Assembly (NCBI GenBank): GCA_963667255.1
Contig: OY762940.1
Location: 128,001-192,000 of the forward strand
Source: Candidatus Cloacimonadota bacterium
GTDB taxonomy: Bacteria; Cloacimonadota; Cloacimonadia; G963667145
Direction: 5' to 3'
Length of the DNA stretch: 64,000 nucleotides
Shown here: positions 1 to 8,951 of the stretch, in pieces
Layout: the number at the start of each line of letters is the position of its first letter
How positions within the stretch are numbered: position 1 is the first letter of the stretch
Translations under genes and position numbers: made by a program
Notes under the pieces: generated by a model
The model's input: the letters and a program-made list of their open reading frames with translations, nothing else
What the model was told of the DNA's origin: nothing
Database searches by the model: none

Positions 1-852
<852 letters not shown>

Positions 853-934
853 ATAAATTGTTTGATTTGATTGACTTTATTAGGTTTACTCTACACTTCT
901 ATAAATTTTTCAAGTAACTAAATTCAACGAGAGC

Positions 935-963
935 GATAATTGATTTTGGCGTTTTCGTGTCAA
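935..963 (-). promoter_or_regulatory. candidate rrn promoter
   Basis: TTGACA at 963-958 (minus), ~100 nt upstream of 16S; -10 box weak. A second TTGACG lies at 1110-1105. Confidence 0.4.
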
Positions 964-1203
964 ATATAATTTTCACTATTTTTTAACGCACAAAAAAAAC
1001 AATGTCTTCAATTTTTGTATTCAATATTTTCTCAACTGAAGACCTGCATTTAGACTCAAAAACTTCGCTCAATTGTGAATCTTATTTAAAACTACCTGTT
1101 TTGCCGTCAACACAATTTATTAGCTTTCTTATTTTTATGTGGCAATGAATGGTGGTAATTGTTTATTGGAAAAGAATAAGCAATTAATGATTTGTTTTCG
1201 ATA

Positions 1204-1299
1204 CTCGTTCCCAAGTTTTACTTGGGAATGCATACGAGACAAAGCATACTGTTAATTAATCAAAATATATACGCTCCCAAGCTGGAGCTTGGGAGCGAG
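1204..1299. repeat. inverted doublet of REP-like hairpins
   Basis: CTCGTTCCCAAG-TTTTA-CTTGGGAATGCATAC (1204-1235) and TACGCTCCCAAG-CTGGAG-CTTGGGAGCGAG (1270-1299), oppositely oriented. The same motif recurs at ~42091, ~44888 and ~50427. Confidence 0.8.
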
Positions 1300-1305
1300 A
1301 AAACA

Positions 1306-1689
1306 TTAATGATTTGTTTTATTAAGAATTGGTTTATACTTTTCTATCAAATAAGTTTCCAAAGCCGATGTAAGAGCGTTGTCTTCTTTAGAAAAAGTCA
1401 GAACTGCTACTTGGCTATCATCTGTCATTTTCTCCAATTTTTCATCGGTGTTAAAGTGACTCCATAATCTATTTCCAGTATCAACATTACTCTTACCAAC
1501 ATAAACTACTTCGCCATCTGTGGATAGGATATAAACTCCAGGTTTTTTCTCAAATCTTGCCCAATTCGCATCTCTTACACTCGCTTCTGCTCCACCCAAG
1601 AGTTCACCTTTCTTAAAAATATTCAACACATAATCAAAATTGTGCTTTTGAGCATAAGACTCTGCGTCCTTCAATGCTTTTCTCAACAT
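1306..1689 (-). CDS. GIY-YIG nuclease domain protein
   Basis: PGVY-x9-YVGKS, RLWSH, LE..LI..YKP.LN motifs; GGAG RBS upstream. Confidence 0.85.
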   Translation of the reverse strand: MLRKALKDAESYAQKHNFDYVLNIFKKGELLGGAEASVRDANWARFEKKPGVYILSTDGEVVYVGKSNVDTGNRLWSHFNTDEKLEKMTDDSQVAVLTFSKEDNALTSALETYLIEKYKPILNKTNH

Positions 1690-1745
1690 GGAATCTCCTC
1701 TTTTATAACAATTTCTTACAATTATTCTAAAATCAAACTTAATTT

Positions 1746-2147
1746 TTAAAGATTACCATTTATCATTTCCAAGCCTTCAGCAACCCAATCTCTTCCACGC
1801 AAAACCCAACTTTCTATTTCTTCAAATTTGCTGTTGGAAACTCCCAATAATTTGGCAATATGCAAAGCTCCTTTCTTTTCTTCTTCTGCATATTCTCCAT
1901 CAACTATTGCTAATCTTATTACTTCTTGAATAGCTACTACTTTTGCCTTAGAACTCTCTAACAATTTGCAAGCCTCTTCTACTGATAAAATAATTGTATC
2001 AAAATCCAATTTAACACCATTCTCTTCTGCATATACCTTTAAAAATTCTTTTTCTTTATCCTTTAATTCATTATCAGCTTTCGCAATATCTACAAGCATT
2101 ATCAACAACGCTTGCTTTTCACTCATTTTTAATTGATCTAAAAACAT
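1746..2147 (-). CDS. TerB-like domain protein
   Basis: Two copies of the TerB A.(A/V)D..x4-EK motif (IAKADNELKDKEK; LAIVDGEYAEEEK). Confidence 0.75.
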   Translation of the reverse strand: MFLDQLKMSEKQALLIMLVDIAKADNELKDKEKEFLKVYAEENGVKLDFDTIILSVEEACKLLESSKAKVVAIQEVIRLAIVDGEYAEEEKKGALHIAKLLGVSNSKFEEIESWVLRGRDWVAEGLEMINGNL

Positions 2148-2187
2148 TTTTTTCCTAAAATTTTACATTTTTCTAATCTATATTATT

Positions 2188-2427
2188 CTATTTAAACCAT
2201 TTAGTCGCTTTGTGTAAACCATATGCAGCTGCTCCAACAGCTACTAAAGGTGCACCTCCTACTGCAAAAACCCCTACTCCAACCGCTGTTCCTACAACTT
2301 TCTCTACAAAAAATCCAATCGTACTCGCTTTAGCTTCTTTTTCTTTCTTTCTCGCATACCATTTTATCACAAAAATTGAAATTACTACCATTACCACACA
2401 AAATAAACCAAACATTAAATACTTCAT
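2188..2427 (-). CDS. small membrane protein (N-terminal TM helix plus Gly/Ala-rich hydrophobic segment)
   Basis: 79 aa, hydrophobic N-terminal helix, glycine-zipper-like VVGTAVGVGVFAVGGAPLVAVGAAAYG; AAGG RBS; co-oriented with neighbours. Confidence 0.7.
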   Translation of the reverse strand: MKYLMFGLFCVVMVVISIFVIKWYARKKEKEAKASTIGFFVEKVVGTAVGVGVFAVGGAPLVAVGAAAYGLHKATKWFK

Positions 2428-2464
2428 TTAATTTCCTTAAAACTAAATTTAAAAGTTGTTTTTA

Positions 2465-3133
2465 TTAATCATTTGAAGTAAGATTAATCTTATCTTCAAT
2501 AAAAGTTTTCCGAGCAATATTCCCAATGGTATTAGTAGAAACACCATCAACTGCTCCACCAACAATGCCACCAATCAGAGGGACAAGTTTGCCTAAATTA
2601 ACAACACCTTTTGAGCCAGCTTTTGTAATAAACCTAAACCCAATTTTTTGATTTATAGCGGTCAAAGTTTTCCCTGAAATTTTTCCTATTGCACTATTTA
2701 CAGTTTTGACCCCAGTAACTTTTGCAGCTTCCTTAAAAATGTCAACTCCAGGTGTCCCAACAAGACAACAATAAACAAGAGTTTTAACTCGATCATCTTT
2801 TAAATCATATCCTCCCATATGAGCAATAGCCGCTATCATTCTAATTTGAACATACATTACACTTGCAAGATTTGCAGGAATTGCGACAGGCATAGTAATC
2901 ATGCCTCCCACTCCTGTCAAAAATCCACTTGTACTTGTTTTGGCAATTTGATACCTTATCAGTGAATTAACACATTCAATTTTATTTTCATTTTTCTTTA
3001 TATAATCTTCCGCCATTTCTACAGCTGTTTCAAATCCTGGGAGACCATTTAAAGCCTTCTCATATGCAAAATCCAAAGCTTTTGTTATTACCCCTACTTC
3101 TTTTTTTGCTTCAATTTCTTTATTTTCTTCCAT
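2465..3133 (-). CDS. EcsC family protein
   Basis: GFLTGVGG..T.PVAIPAN...V...Q.RMIAAIA..GGYD and LGKLVPLIGGIVGG motifs typical of EcsC; GAGG RBS. Confidence 0.85.
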   Translation of the reverse strand: MEENKEIEAKKEVGVITKALDFAYEKALNGLPGFETAVEMAEDYIKKNENKIECVNSLIRYQIAKTSTSGFLTGVGGMITMPVAIPANLASVMYVQIRMIAAIAHMGGYDLKDDRVKTLVYCCLVGTPGVDIFKEAAKVTGVKTVNSAIGKISGKTLTAINQKIGFRFITKAGSKGVVNLGKLVPLIGGIVGGAVDGVSTNTIGNIARKTFIEDKINLTSND

Positions 3134-3172
3134 TCTACTAACCTCTCTTATTTAATTTCTTTTACTTCAACT

Positions 3173-3206
3173 AAAAAAAGGTCTCCCGACTATCTCGGAA
3201 GACCTT
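3173..3206 (-). terminator. intrinsic terminator / attenuator hairpin upstream of the EcsC gene
   Basis: Minus strand AAGGTCTTCCGA-GATAG-TCGGGAGACC followed by T7, 40 nt before the EcsC start codon. Confidence 0.8.
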
Positions 3207-3363
3207 CTTTGAAATCTCTATGAAACCGTTGACTATCAAGCCACTGACAGCCTCGACTGAACTGAACTGAACTGAACTGAACTGAACTGAACTGAACTGA
3301 ACTGAACTGAACTGAACTGAACTGAACTGAACTGAACTGAACTGAACTGTTTGTTTGCTTTTC
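3190..3363 (-). other. 3' part of an IS-interrupted leader ORF (..EKQTN-(SSVQF)6-SRGCQWLDSQRFHRDFKEGLPR*); original start ATG at 4491
   Basis: Joining the two sides at the 8-bp target duplication gives the open frame ATG AAA ATA GAA AAG CAA ACA..., ending at TAG in the terminator loop. Confidence 0.6.
3256..3349. repeat. pentanucleotide simple sequence repeat (ACTGA)18 + ACTG
   Basis: Perfect tandem array read directly from the sequence. Confidence 0.98.
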
Positions 3364-4474
3364 GGGAGTGTGCAAATAACTGGGTCTGAAATAAGACCTA
3401 ATTATGTTTGACAGAATAAGTTATGAACATTTATTAAAATGCCATGAGTATAATCAAAAAAAACGCTGTCCAAATTGTGATAGCTTAAACACAAAAAAGA
3501 AGGGATATATTTTCTCTGAAAGAACAACTAATCGTGGGAAAATTAAAGTCAAAACTCAACGATTTTATTGTAAAGATTGCCAAATAAGTTTTACCAATTT
3601 TGGATATAATAAGAGAACTCATTTTGCACCAAAATTCAAAGATAAGGTTGTTACTGACTATATTTCAACCAAAAGTTCTCTTTCTGAAGTTGCTAAAAGA
3701 CATGGGATTTGTAAAAATAGTATTCTTAATTGGATACCTCAGCGAGCTAATTTATATCAGGATAATGTGTTACACAGCAATATAGATGAGACAACAATTT
3801 ATATTGATGGCAAGGAAATTAAGATAAACGGTAAGCGAAAAGTTGTCTTAGTCGCCAGTAGCAAACTACTTGATAAACCAATATATTACAAGATTTATGA
3901 TAGAGAACATAGTAGTTCATCTGAAGACTTTTTGAATAGACTAAAAAAAATGTATGACAACAAAATAATTGGGATTGTGTCAGATTTTGGGCGAGGGAAG
4001 TGCTTTGTTAAGCCAGTTAACCAACTTTTTGAAGATGTTCCACATCAAATTTGCTTGGTTCATTATTTAAGAAGCGTTAATATCAATGTTCCTAAAACAA
4101 AAAAGAGTAAGTTTTTTAGACGAAATATTTTCTTTAAGAACTTGATTAAGAGCATTTTAAATGCTGAAACTTTACAAGAAGCTGAAAATAATTTAAGTTC
4201 GCTTAATCACTATGAAAAATTTTTTCGCCTAAAAATTCATAAGCGTTTTATTAAATCAATTAATCGAAACTTTGGTTTATTAACTGCTCATTTTCATTAC
4301 GATTTTTTGGATAAAACAACAAATAAAATTGAAAATATTAATCGACAATTGAATAGGAAATTAAAAAATTTAGACGGATTTAAATCTGAAAAAAATATGA
4401 ATCATTTTTTGAAAATTTGGTTCAATAATTATTCAAAAGGAGTGGAAATTAGACCCAATTAAATGCACGCTCCC
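3364..4474 (+). mobile_element. IS256/Mutator-like insertion sequence, 1111 bp
   Basis: 24-bp terminal inverted repeats with 20/24 match (GGGAGTGTGCAAATAACTGGGTCT at 3364-3387 vs 4451-4474); 8-bp target duplication TGCTTTTC at 3356-3363 and 4475-4482. Confidence 0.93.
3404..4462 (+). CDS. DDE transposase, IS256/Mutator-like, with N-terminal Zn ribbon and HTH
   Basis: IDG, VSDF, HQICLVH (CxxH) and TTNKIENINR motifs; CPNC...CKDC at the N-terminus. Confidence 0.9.
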   Translation: MFDRISYEHLLKCHEYNQKKRCPNCDSLNTKKKGYIFSERTTNRGKIKVKTQRFYCKDCQISFTNFGYNKRTHFAPKFKDKVVTDYISTKSSLSEVAKRHGICKNSILNWIPQRANLYQDNVLHSNIDETTIYIDGKEIKINGKRKVVLVASSKLLDKPIYYKIYDREHSSSSEDFLNRLKKMYDNKIIGIVSDFGRGKCFVKPVNQLFEDVPHQICLVHYLRSVNINVPKTKKSKFFRRNIFFKNLIKSILNAETLQEAENNLSSLNHYEKFFRLKIHKRFIKSINRNFGLLTAHFHYDFLDKTTNKIENINRQLNRKLKNLDGFKSEKNMNHFLKIWFNNYSKGVEIRPN

Positions 4475-4490
4475 TGCTTTTCTATTTTCA

Positions 4491-4526
4491 TAGTGCTACA
4501 AAAGTAATTTTATAGAATGATGTCAA
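4491..4526 (-). promoter_or_regulatory. candidate leaderless promoter (TTGACA-N29-ATG) of the leader ORF / EcsC cassette
   Basis: TTGACA at 4526-4521, ATG at 4491; same spacing upstream of csaA, the lolC-like gene and the panG-like gene. Confidence 0.55.
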
Positions 4527-4669
4527 AACAATTTTACTTTTTACAACTCCACCTTGTTAATAGTCACATTTCATTTTGCAGAACGAGCAAAGTGACTACT
4601 CAACTTGTCAAAATTAATGTGAAAGTGACCAGTGCGATAGTCAGTTGATGGTTGATGTTTGAGGTTCTC

Positions 4670-5087
4670 GTATGCATTCCCCTGACCACATAAATGTAGT
4701 CTCAAAGATTAGCGGTATTTATGTGGTCAGAGGAACGAGTGGGGCGGTGGTGCAGGAATGAAGACGGTGGTGTGTCTTCTTGCTCTTCTATTCCTCATAC
4801 TCACGGAAGTGGGTATCCATTCTTGACTCGTTTCTTAAAAAAAAGCACCTGCTGTGTCCCCTATCCCCTCTGGATTCCCGCCTACGCGGGAATGAGATGT
4901 GAAGATGGGAATGAGAGAGGTGGTTTGGGTGCAGAGAGAGGTGGGGCAAAAAAACACTGGCGAGTTCCCAACTCGACAGTGCTCCGTATTTATTCATTAT
5001 TCATTCTTATCTTTTATTTACATTTACCCTTCTCCCTGCTCCTCTAATCTCCCAAATTATCCATTATCAATTATCACTTATTAATTG
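4670..5087. repeat. mosaic palindromic intergenic repeat, copy A
   Basis: ATTCCC-N8-GGGAAT at 4874-4893, CACTGGCGAG hairpin at 4955-4981, ATTATCA-type heptamers; modules shared with five other loci. Confidence 0.9.
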
Positions 5088-5441
5088 CTAAAAGCTCTTC
5101 CCCTTAATCCTATTATTCTCATCAAGAAGAATCACTTGTGGTTTATGCTCGGCTGCTAACTCCCTCTCAACTTGGCAATAGGAGAGAATAATCACTTTGT
5201 CGCCTCTCTGCACCATCCTCGCGGCAGCACCATTGAGGCAAATCTGACCCTCGCCTCCTTTGATAACATAAGTGGAGAACCTCGCACCATTGTCGATGTC
5301 CAAGATGTCCACCTTCTCGTTGATGAAAAAACCGGCAGCCTCTATCAATTTGGGGTCGATAGAGATAGACCCTTCGTAGTGCAAATCAGCGTCCGTCACT
5401 GTCGCTCTATGTAATTTTGCTCTTAACATTTCCACTAACAT
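5088..5441 (-). CDS. panD: aspartate 1-decarboxylase
   Basis: KLHRATVT..DLHYEGS self-cleavage motif, NGARFSTY, LNGAAAR. Confidence 0.97.
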   Translation of the reverse strand: MLVEMLRAKLHRATVTDADLHYEGSISIDPKLIEAAGFFINEKVDILDIDNGARFSTYVIKGGEGQICLNGAAARMVQRGDKVIILSYCQVERELAAEHKPQVILLDENNRIKGKSF

Positions 5442-6208
5442 TTGTTTAACTCCTCCAATTTTATCAAACCTTCCAAAACCAAATCTTTATTAATTTCGTC
5501 GAAAACACCAGATTTTTCGTATAAACCAGAAATCCCTCCAGTGCCTAAGACGAAGACCTTCTTTCCTCCAAAGCAACTATCGGTTATCTGCCTGCAAATC
5601 TCCTTGATAGCTCCAAGATTGCCGAAATACAGCCCCGACTGAATGCTCTGCACGGTGCTTTTCCCGCAGACTTCCCTCGGCTTAATTATCTCCACCATCG
5701 GCAACTTGGCTGTCCGTTGCACGAGAGACTCCATACCGATAGCTATGCCGGGGATAATCGCTCCGCCGAGATACTCCTTGCTCTTGGTAACGATGTCAAA
5801 AGTCGTAGCTGTGCCCATATCCACCACGATAACATCGCGATTGGGATGAAGCTCAGCAGCCGCAATGGCGTTGGCTATCCTATCGGCACCCACTTCGGAC
5901 TGGTTGATATATTTTATCTGCAATCCCGTCTTCACCCCCGGCTCCAGTGCCAAGGGCGTGATGCCAAAATAGTGCATACAGCTATTTTTTATAGAATGGT
6001 TGAACTCCGGCACAACACTGCAAAAGTTTATGCTCTTGATATCTTCCGGCTCAAATCCGTTCTCCTTGATGACCGACTTCAAGAAAATCCCCATCTCATC
6101 GGAAGATATGCCCTTGTTCATGCTCTTGCGAAAGCGAACCACTATCGACTTGCCTTGGTACAATCCCCCGTAGAGCTGGGAGTTGCCAAAATCAAGACAC
6201 AATTTCAT
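5435..6208 (-). CDS. coaX: type III pantothenate kinase
   Basis: DFGNS, GADR, DMGTATTFD, GGAIIPG. Confidence 0.95.
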   Translation of the reverse strand: MKLCLDFGNSQLYGGLYQGKSIVVRFRKSMNKGISSDEMGIFLKSVIKENGFEPEDIKSINFCSVVPEFNHSIKNSCMHYFGITPLALEPGVKTGLQIKYINQSEVGADRIANAIAAAELHPNRDVIVVDMGTATTFDIVTKSKEYLGGAIIPGIAIGMESLVQRTAKLPMVEIIKPREVCGKSTVQSIQSGLYFGNLGAIKEICRQITDSCFGGKKVFVLGTGGISGLYEKSGVFDEINKDLVLEGLIKLEELNKC

Positions 6209-6882
6209 CTATCTAATTCTCCTTTAATAAGTTCGTCCAATTTGTCCGCCAAATCCACCTTGGAGGAAGTCTGAGCCAACTGCTGTCCACTGCTGGAGTA
6301 AATCTCCGCAATATGAAACGAGGCTGTCACTTCTTGCAAATCGTTATGCACCACAAAGTCGATGCCGCCTGCTTGCAAAATCTTGGCGATTTTGGACTTC
6401 ACTTCTTCATCAGAAGCAGAGTTGGTCAGCTTGAAGCCAACAACAAGCGGAGTTTTCCCCTTGAGAGCATAACTCTTCAGCTTCGGCAAAATCTTAAAAT
6501 TCTTCTTCATATGCAGTTTGATGCTCTCTCCCGAATCCATCTTGCCCTCGGAACTCGGGGACAGAAACCTGCCGTCTTCCGTCTCAATCTTTTCCAGTGA
6601 AAAGTCGCTGACAGCTGCCAAATGGATAACCGCATCAAACGGCTCGCTCCCCAATAAATCCCGCAACTGCGAGTCCAAATCCTCAAACGAACAAAACCGC
6701 ATCGTCCGCAAATCGCCCGCAGGCAATTTGGCATCAACACCGTGCAGATAAACGACCTCACAGCCAAGAACGGACAATCGCTCGGCAATCTTGCTTCCAG
6801 TGCTTCCCGTAGAGAAATTCGTGATGTAGCGGACACCGTCTATCGGCTCGCGAGTGCCACCCGATGTTATCAGCACTTTCAC
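6205..6882 (-). CDS. coaB: phosphopantothenate-cysteine ligase (stand-alone CoaB)
   Basis: TSGGTREPIDGVRYITNFSTG, AAVSDF, GFKL. Confidence 0.92.
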   Translation of the reverse strand: MKVLITSGGTREPIDGVRYITNFSTGSTGSKIAERLSVLGCEVVYLHGVDAKLPAGDLRTMRFCSFEDLDSQLRDLLGSEPFDAVIHLAAVSDFSLEKIETEDGRFLSPSSEGKMDSGESIKLHMKKNFKILPKLKSYALKGKTPLVVGFKLTNSASDEEVKSKIAKILQAGGIDFVVHNDLQEVTASFHIAEIYSSSGQQLAQTSSKVDLADKLDELIKGELDR

Positions 6883-7415
6883 AGCTTTGCCCTGATGATG
6901 CCCAAAATGTCTATCGGCTCAGGAGCTCGTCCCTTGCCCTCGGTGCCACACGCCAGATGTCCCGACTGTGGAGCGATAATCTCGGCTCCCCATTCTTGCA
7001 AAATCTCCATATTCTCCACCACCGCAGGATGTGCCAACATATTAGTGTTCATCGCTGGGAACACGAGATAAGGCTTGCGAAAATTGTTTGCCACAAAGCA
7101 CGCCGTGAGCAAGTCCTCGGCAAAGCCCATCCGAAGTCGAGCCAATGCGGAAGCCGATGCAGGATAAACCACCACTACTTCTGCCCATTCCACGAGATTG
7201 ATGTGCAAAATCTTCTCCGACTGCGAGAACATATCCGTGTAAACAGGATGACCGCTGAGAGCCTCCAACGCCGCAGGAGCGATGAATTTCAGAGCGTTAT
7301 CCGTAGCCACCACCTTTACATTGCATCCGTCTTTTCGCAAGAGCGAGACCAATTCCACCGATTTGTAAGCGGCGATAGAGCCACTGACACAGACCAAAAT
7401 ATTAGCGTTTGACAT
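6879..7415 (-). CDS. coaC: phosphopantothenoylcysteine decarboxylase (stand-alone CoaC flavoprotein)
   Basis: GSIAAYK, HI.L, PAMNTNM, LACG..G.GR. Confidence 0.92.
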   Translation of the reverse strand: MSNANILVCVSGSIAAYKSVELVSLLRKDGCNVKVVATDNALKFIAPAALEALSGHPVYTDMFSQSEKILHINLVEWAEVVVVYPASASALARLRMGFAEDLLTACFVANNFRKPYLVFPAMNTNMLAHPAVVENMEILQEWGAEIIAPQSGHLACGTEGKGRAPEPIDILGIIRAKL

Positions 7416-8157
7416 TGTCTATTAACCTCACATCGCCCAAGAAAGCGGCGACAAAAATCCTGCCGTCTTTTTCTTTCAGGTAATCCACCTTAAAACCTTT
7501 GCTCTCCAGAGCGTTCTTCATCTCATCTACGGACAACCCCGAGCTTATCGTCTCGTGCAAAAACGGGGCAATCGCTTTGTTTTCCTCGGCAATCAATTTG
7601 TTGCGAGAGCTGAGAGCCAAACCACTGTCCTCCCGCACGATAGGGCAACCCTCTATCACAGTATCCATAAAAAACGCCTCTGCCATACCACGAATGAGCT
7701 GAAGCTGTTGCCAGTCCTTCTCGCCAAAATACGCCTTGGTCGCCTTGGTAATGTTGAGCAACTTCATCACGACAGTCAGCACGCCAACAAAATGCCCCTC
7801 ACGAGTAGCACCGCACAAATCCAAAGAGTCCCGATGCTCGCTCACTCTATACCGAAATCCGTCGTTGTAAAGTTCGTCGTAAGTCGGCTCCAGCACATAG
7901 TCCACGCCGGCATCCGAGAGCATCTGTCTATCTCTATGCAAATCAATAGGATAGCAGTCCAAGTCGCTCTGGTTGTTAAATTGCGTAGGGTTGACAAAAA
8001 TCGAAACAGCCGTGATTTTATTCTCCGCAACAGACCTCCGAACAAGGCTCATATGCCCCTGATGCAAGAACCCCATAGTCGGCACAAACCCGACACTCAT
8101 CTCCTGCAAGTCGTCAAAAATCTCTCTCCATTCCGCAATCGATTTGACAATCTTCAT
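7402..8157 (-). CDS. panC: pantoate-beta-alanine ligase
   Basis: VPTMGFLHQGH, FVNPTQF, FGEKDWQQ, GLALSSRN, RLIDN. Confidence 0.97.
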   Translation of the reverse strand: MKIVKSIAEWREIFDDLQEMSVGFVPTMGFLHQGHMSLVRRSVAENKITAVSIFVNPTQFNNQSDLDCYPIDLHRDRQMLSDAGVDYVLEPTYDELYNDGFRYRVSEHRDSLDLCGATREGHFVGVLTVVMKLLNITKATKAYFGEKDWQQLQLIRGMAEAFFMDTVIEGCPIVREDSGLALSSRNKLIAEENKAIAPFLHETISSGLSVDEMKNALESKGFKVDYLKEKDGRIFVAAFLGDVRLIDNVKR

Positions 8158-8945
8158 CAAAACTCCTCATCGGCAGAGGGAAATTTTTTCGCCTTTACAT
8201 CTGCATCATAACTGTCCAAAGCCTCTTTTATCAGCGAGATACCTTCCATATATTTGCGGACAAACTTCGGCTTGAAGTCGGAATTTAGCCCCAGTAAATC
8301 CTGCAACACCAACACCTGACCATCGCAATCGCAACCGGCACCAATGCCGATAGTGGGGATAGCCAACTCCTGACTAATCCTCTTGCCGACAGCACTGGGA
8401 ACGCACTCCAGCACTACGGAAAAACAGCCGAGCTTTTGCAACGCGAGAGCCTCCCCCAGCAAAATATCCTCTTTGCTCTGAGTCTTGCCTTGCACTTTGT
8501 AGCCGCCCAACCCATTGACGGACTGCGGTATCAAGCCCAAGTGACCCATCACAGGCACACCGGAGCCAACTATATGCTCGATAATCTCTTCGCTACCCTT
8601 CACGCCCTCCAACTTCACGGCGTTCGCACCAGCCTGCATCAAACTCTGCACAGCGTCCATCGCCTCGGACAGACCCTTGCGATAGCTCAGAAAAGGCAAA
8701 TCGCCCACCACAAAAGCACTCGGGGCTCCACGGCGGACAGCCGCCACATGCATACTCATCATCTCGACAGTAGCTGGTATGGTAGAGCCAAACCCGTGCA
8801 TCGTCATCGCCAGAGAGTCTCCGACCAAGATGCAGTCCACTCCCGACGACTCCACGATAGCGGAACTCCAACTGTCATAAGCAGTTACCATAGATATGGG
8901 TATTTGCTTCTTTTTCATCTTAGCGAAATCAAGAACATTCACCAT
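8157..8945 (-). CDS. panB: 3-methyl-2-oxobutanoate hydroxymethyltransferase
   Basis: TAYD, LVGDSL, VKLEG, GHLGLIPQ, IGIGAG..CDGQVLV. Confidence 0.97.
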   Translation of the reverse strand: MVNVLDFAKMKKKQIPISMVTAYDSWSSAIVESSGVDCILVGDSLAMTMHGFGSTIPATVEMMSMHVAAVRRGAPSAFVVGDLPFLSYRKGLSEAMDAVQSLMQAGANAVKLEGVKGSEEIIEHIVGSGVPVMGHLGLIPQSVNGLGGYKVQGKTQSKEDILLGEALALQKLGCFSVVLECVPSAVGKRISQELAIPTIGIGAGCDCDGQVLVLQDLLGLNSDFKPKFVRKYMEGISLIKEALDSYDADVKAKKFPSADEEF

Positions 8946-8951
8946 TCCTCC

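Noticed and set aside
853..1200. tRNA or ncRNA upstream of 16S
   Set aside because: No cloverleaf or T-loop motif seen; this looks like an AT-rich promoter/leader region.
3256..3349. Possible CRISPR array
   Set aside because: Spacerless 5-nt tandem repeat; no repeat-spacer structure and no cas genes anywhere in the window.
3190..3375. 61-aa ORF as listed (MHTPEK...) as an independent gene
   Set aside because: Its TTG start lies inside the IS left inverted repeat; the likely native start is ATG 4491 beyond the IS.
4561..4630. Imperfect inverted repeats TAGTCAC...GTGACTA as operator or element end
   Set aside because: Short, single occurrence, no associated regulator.
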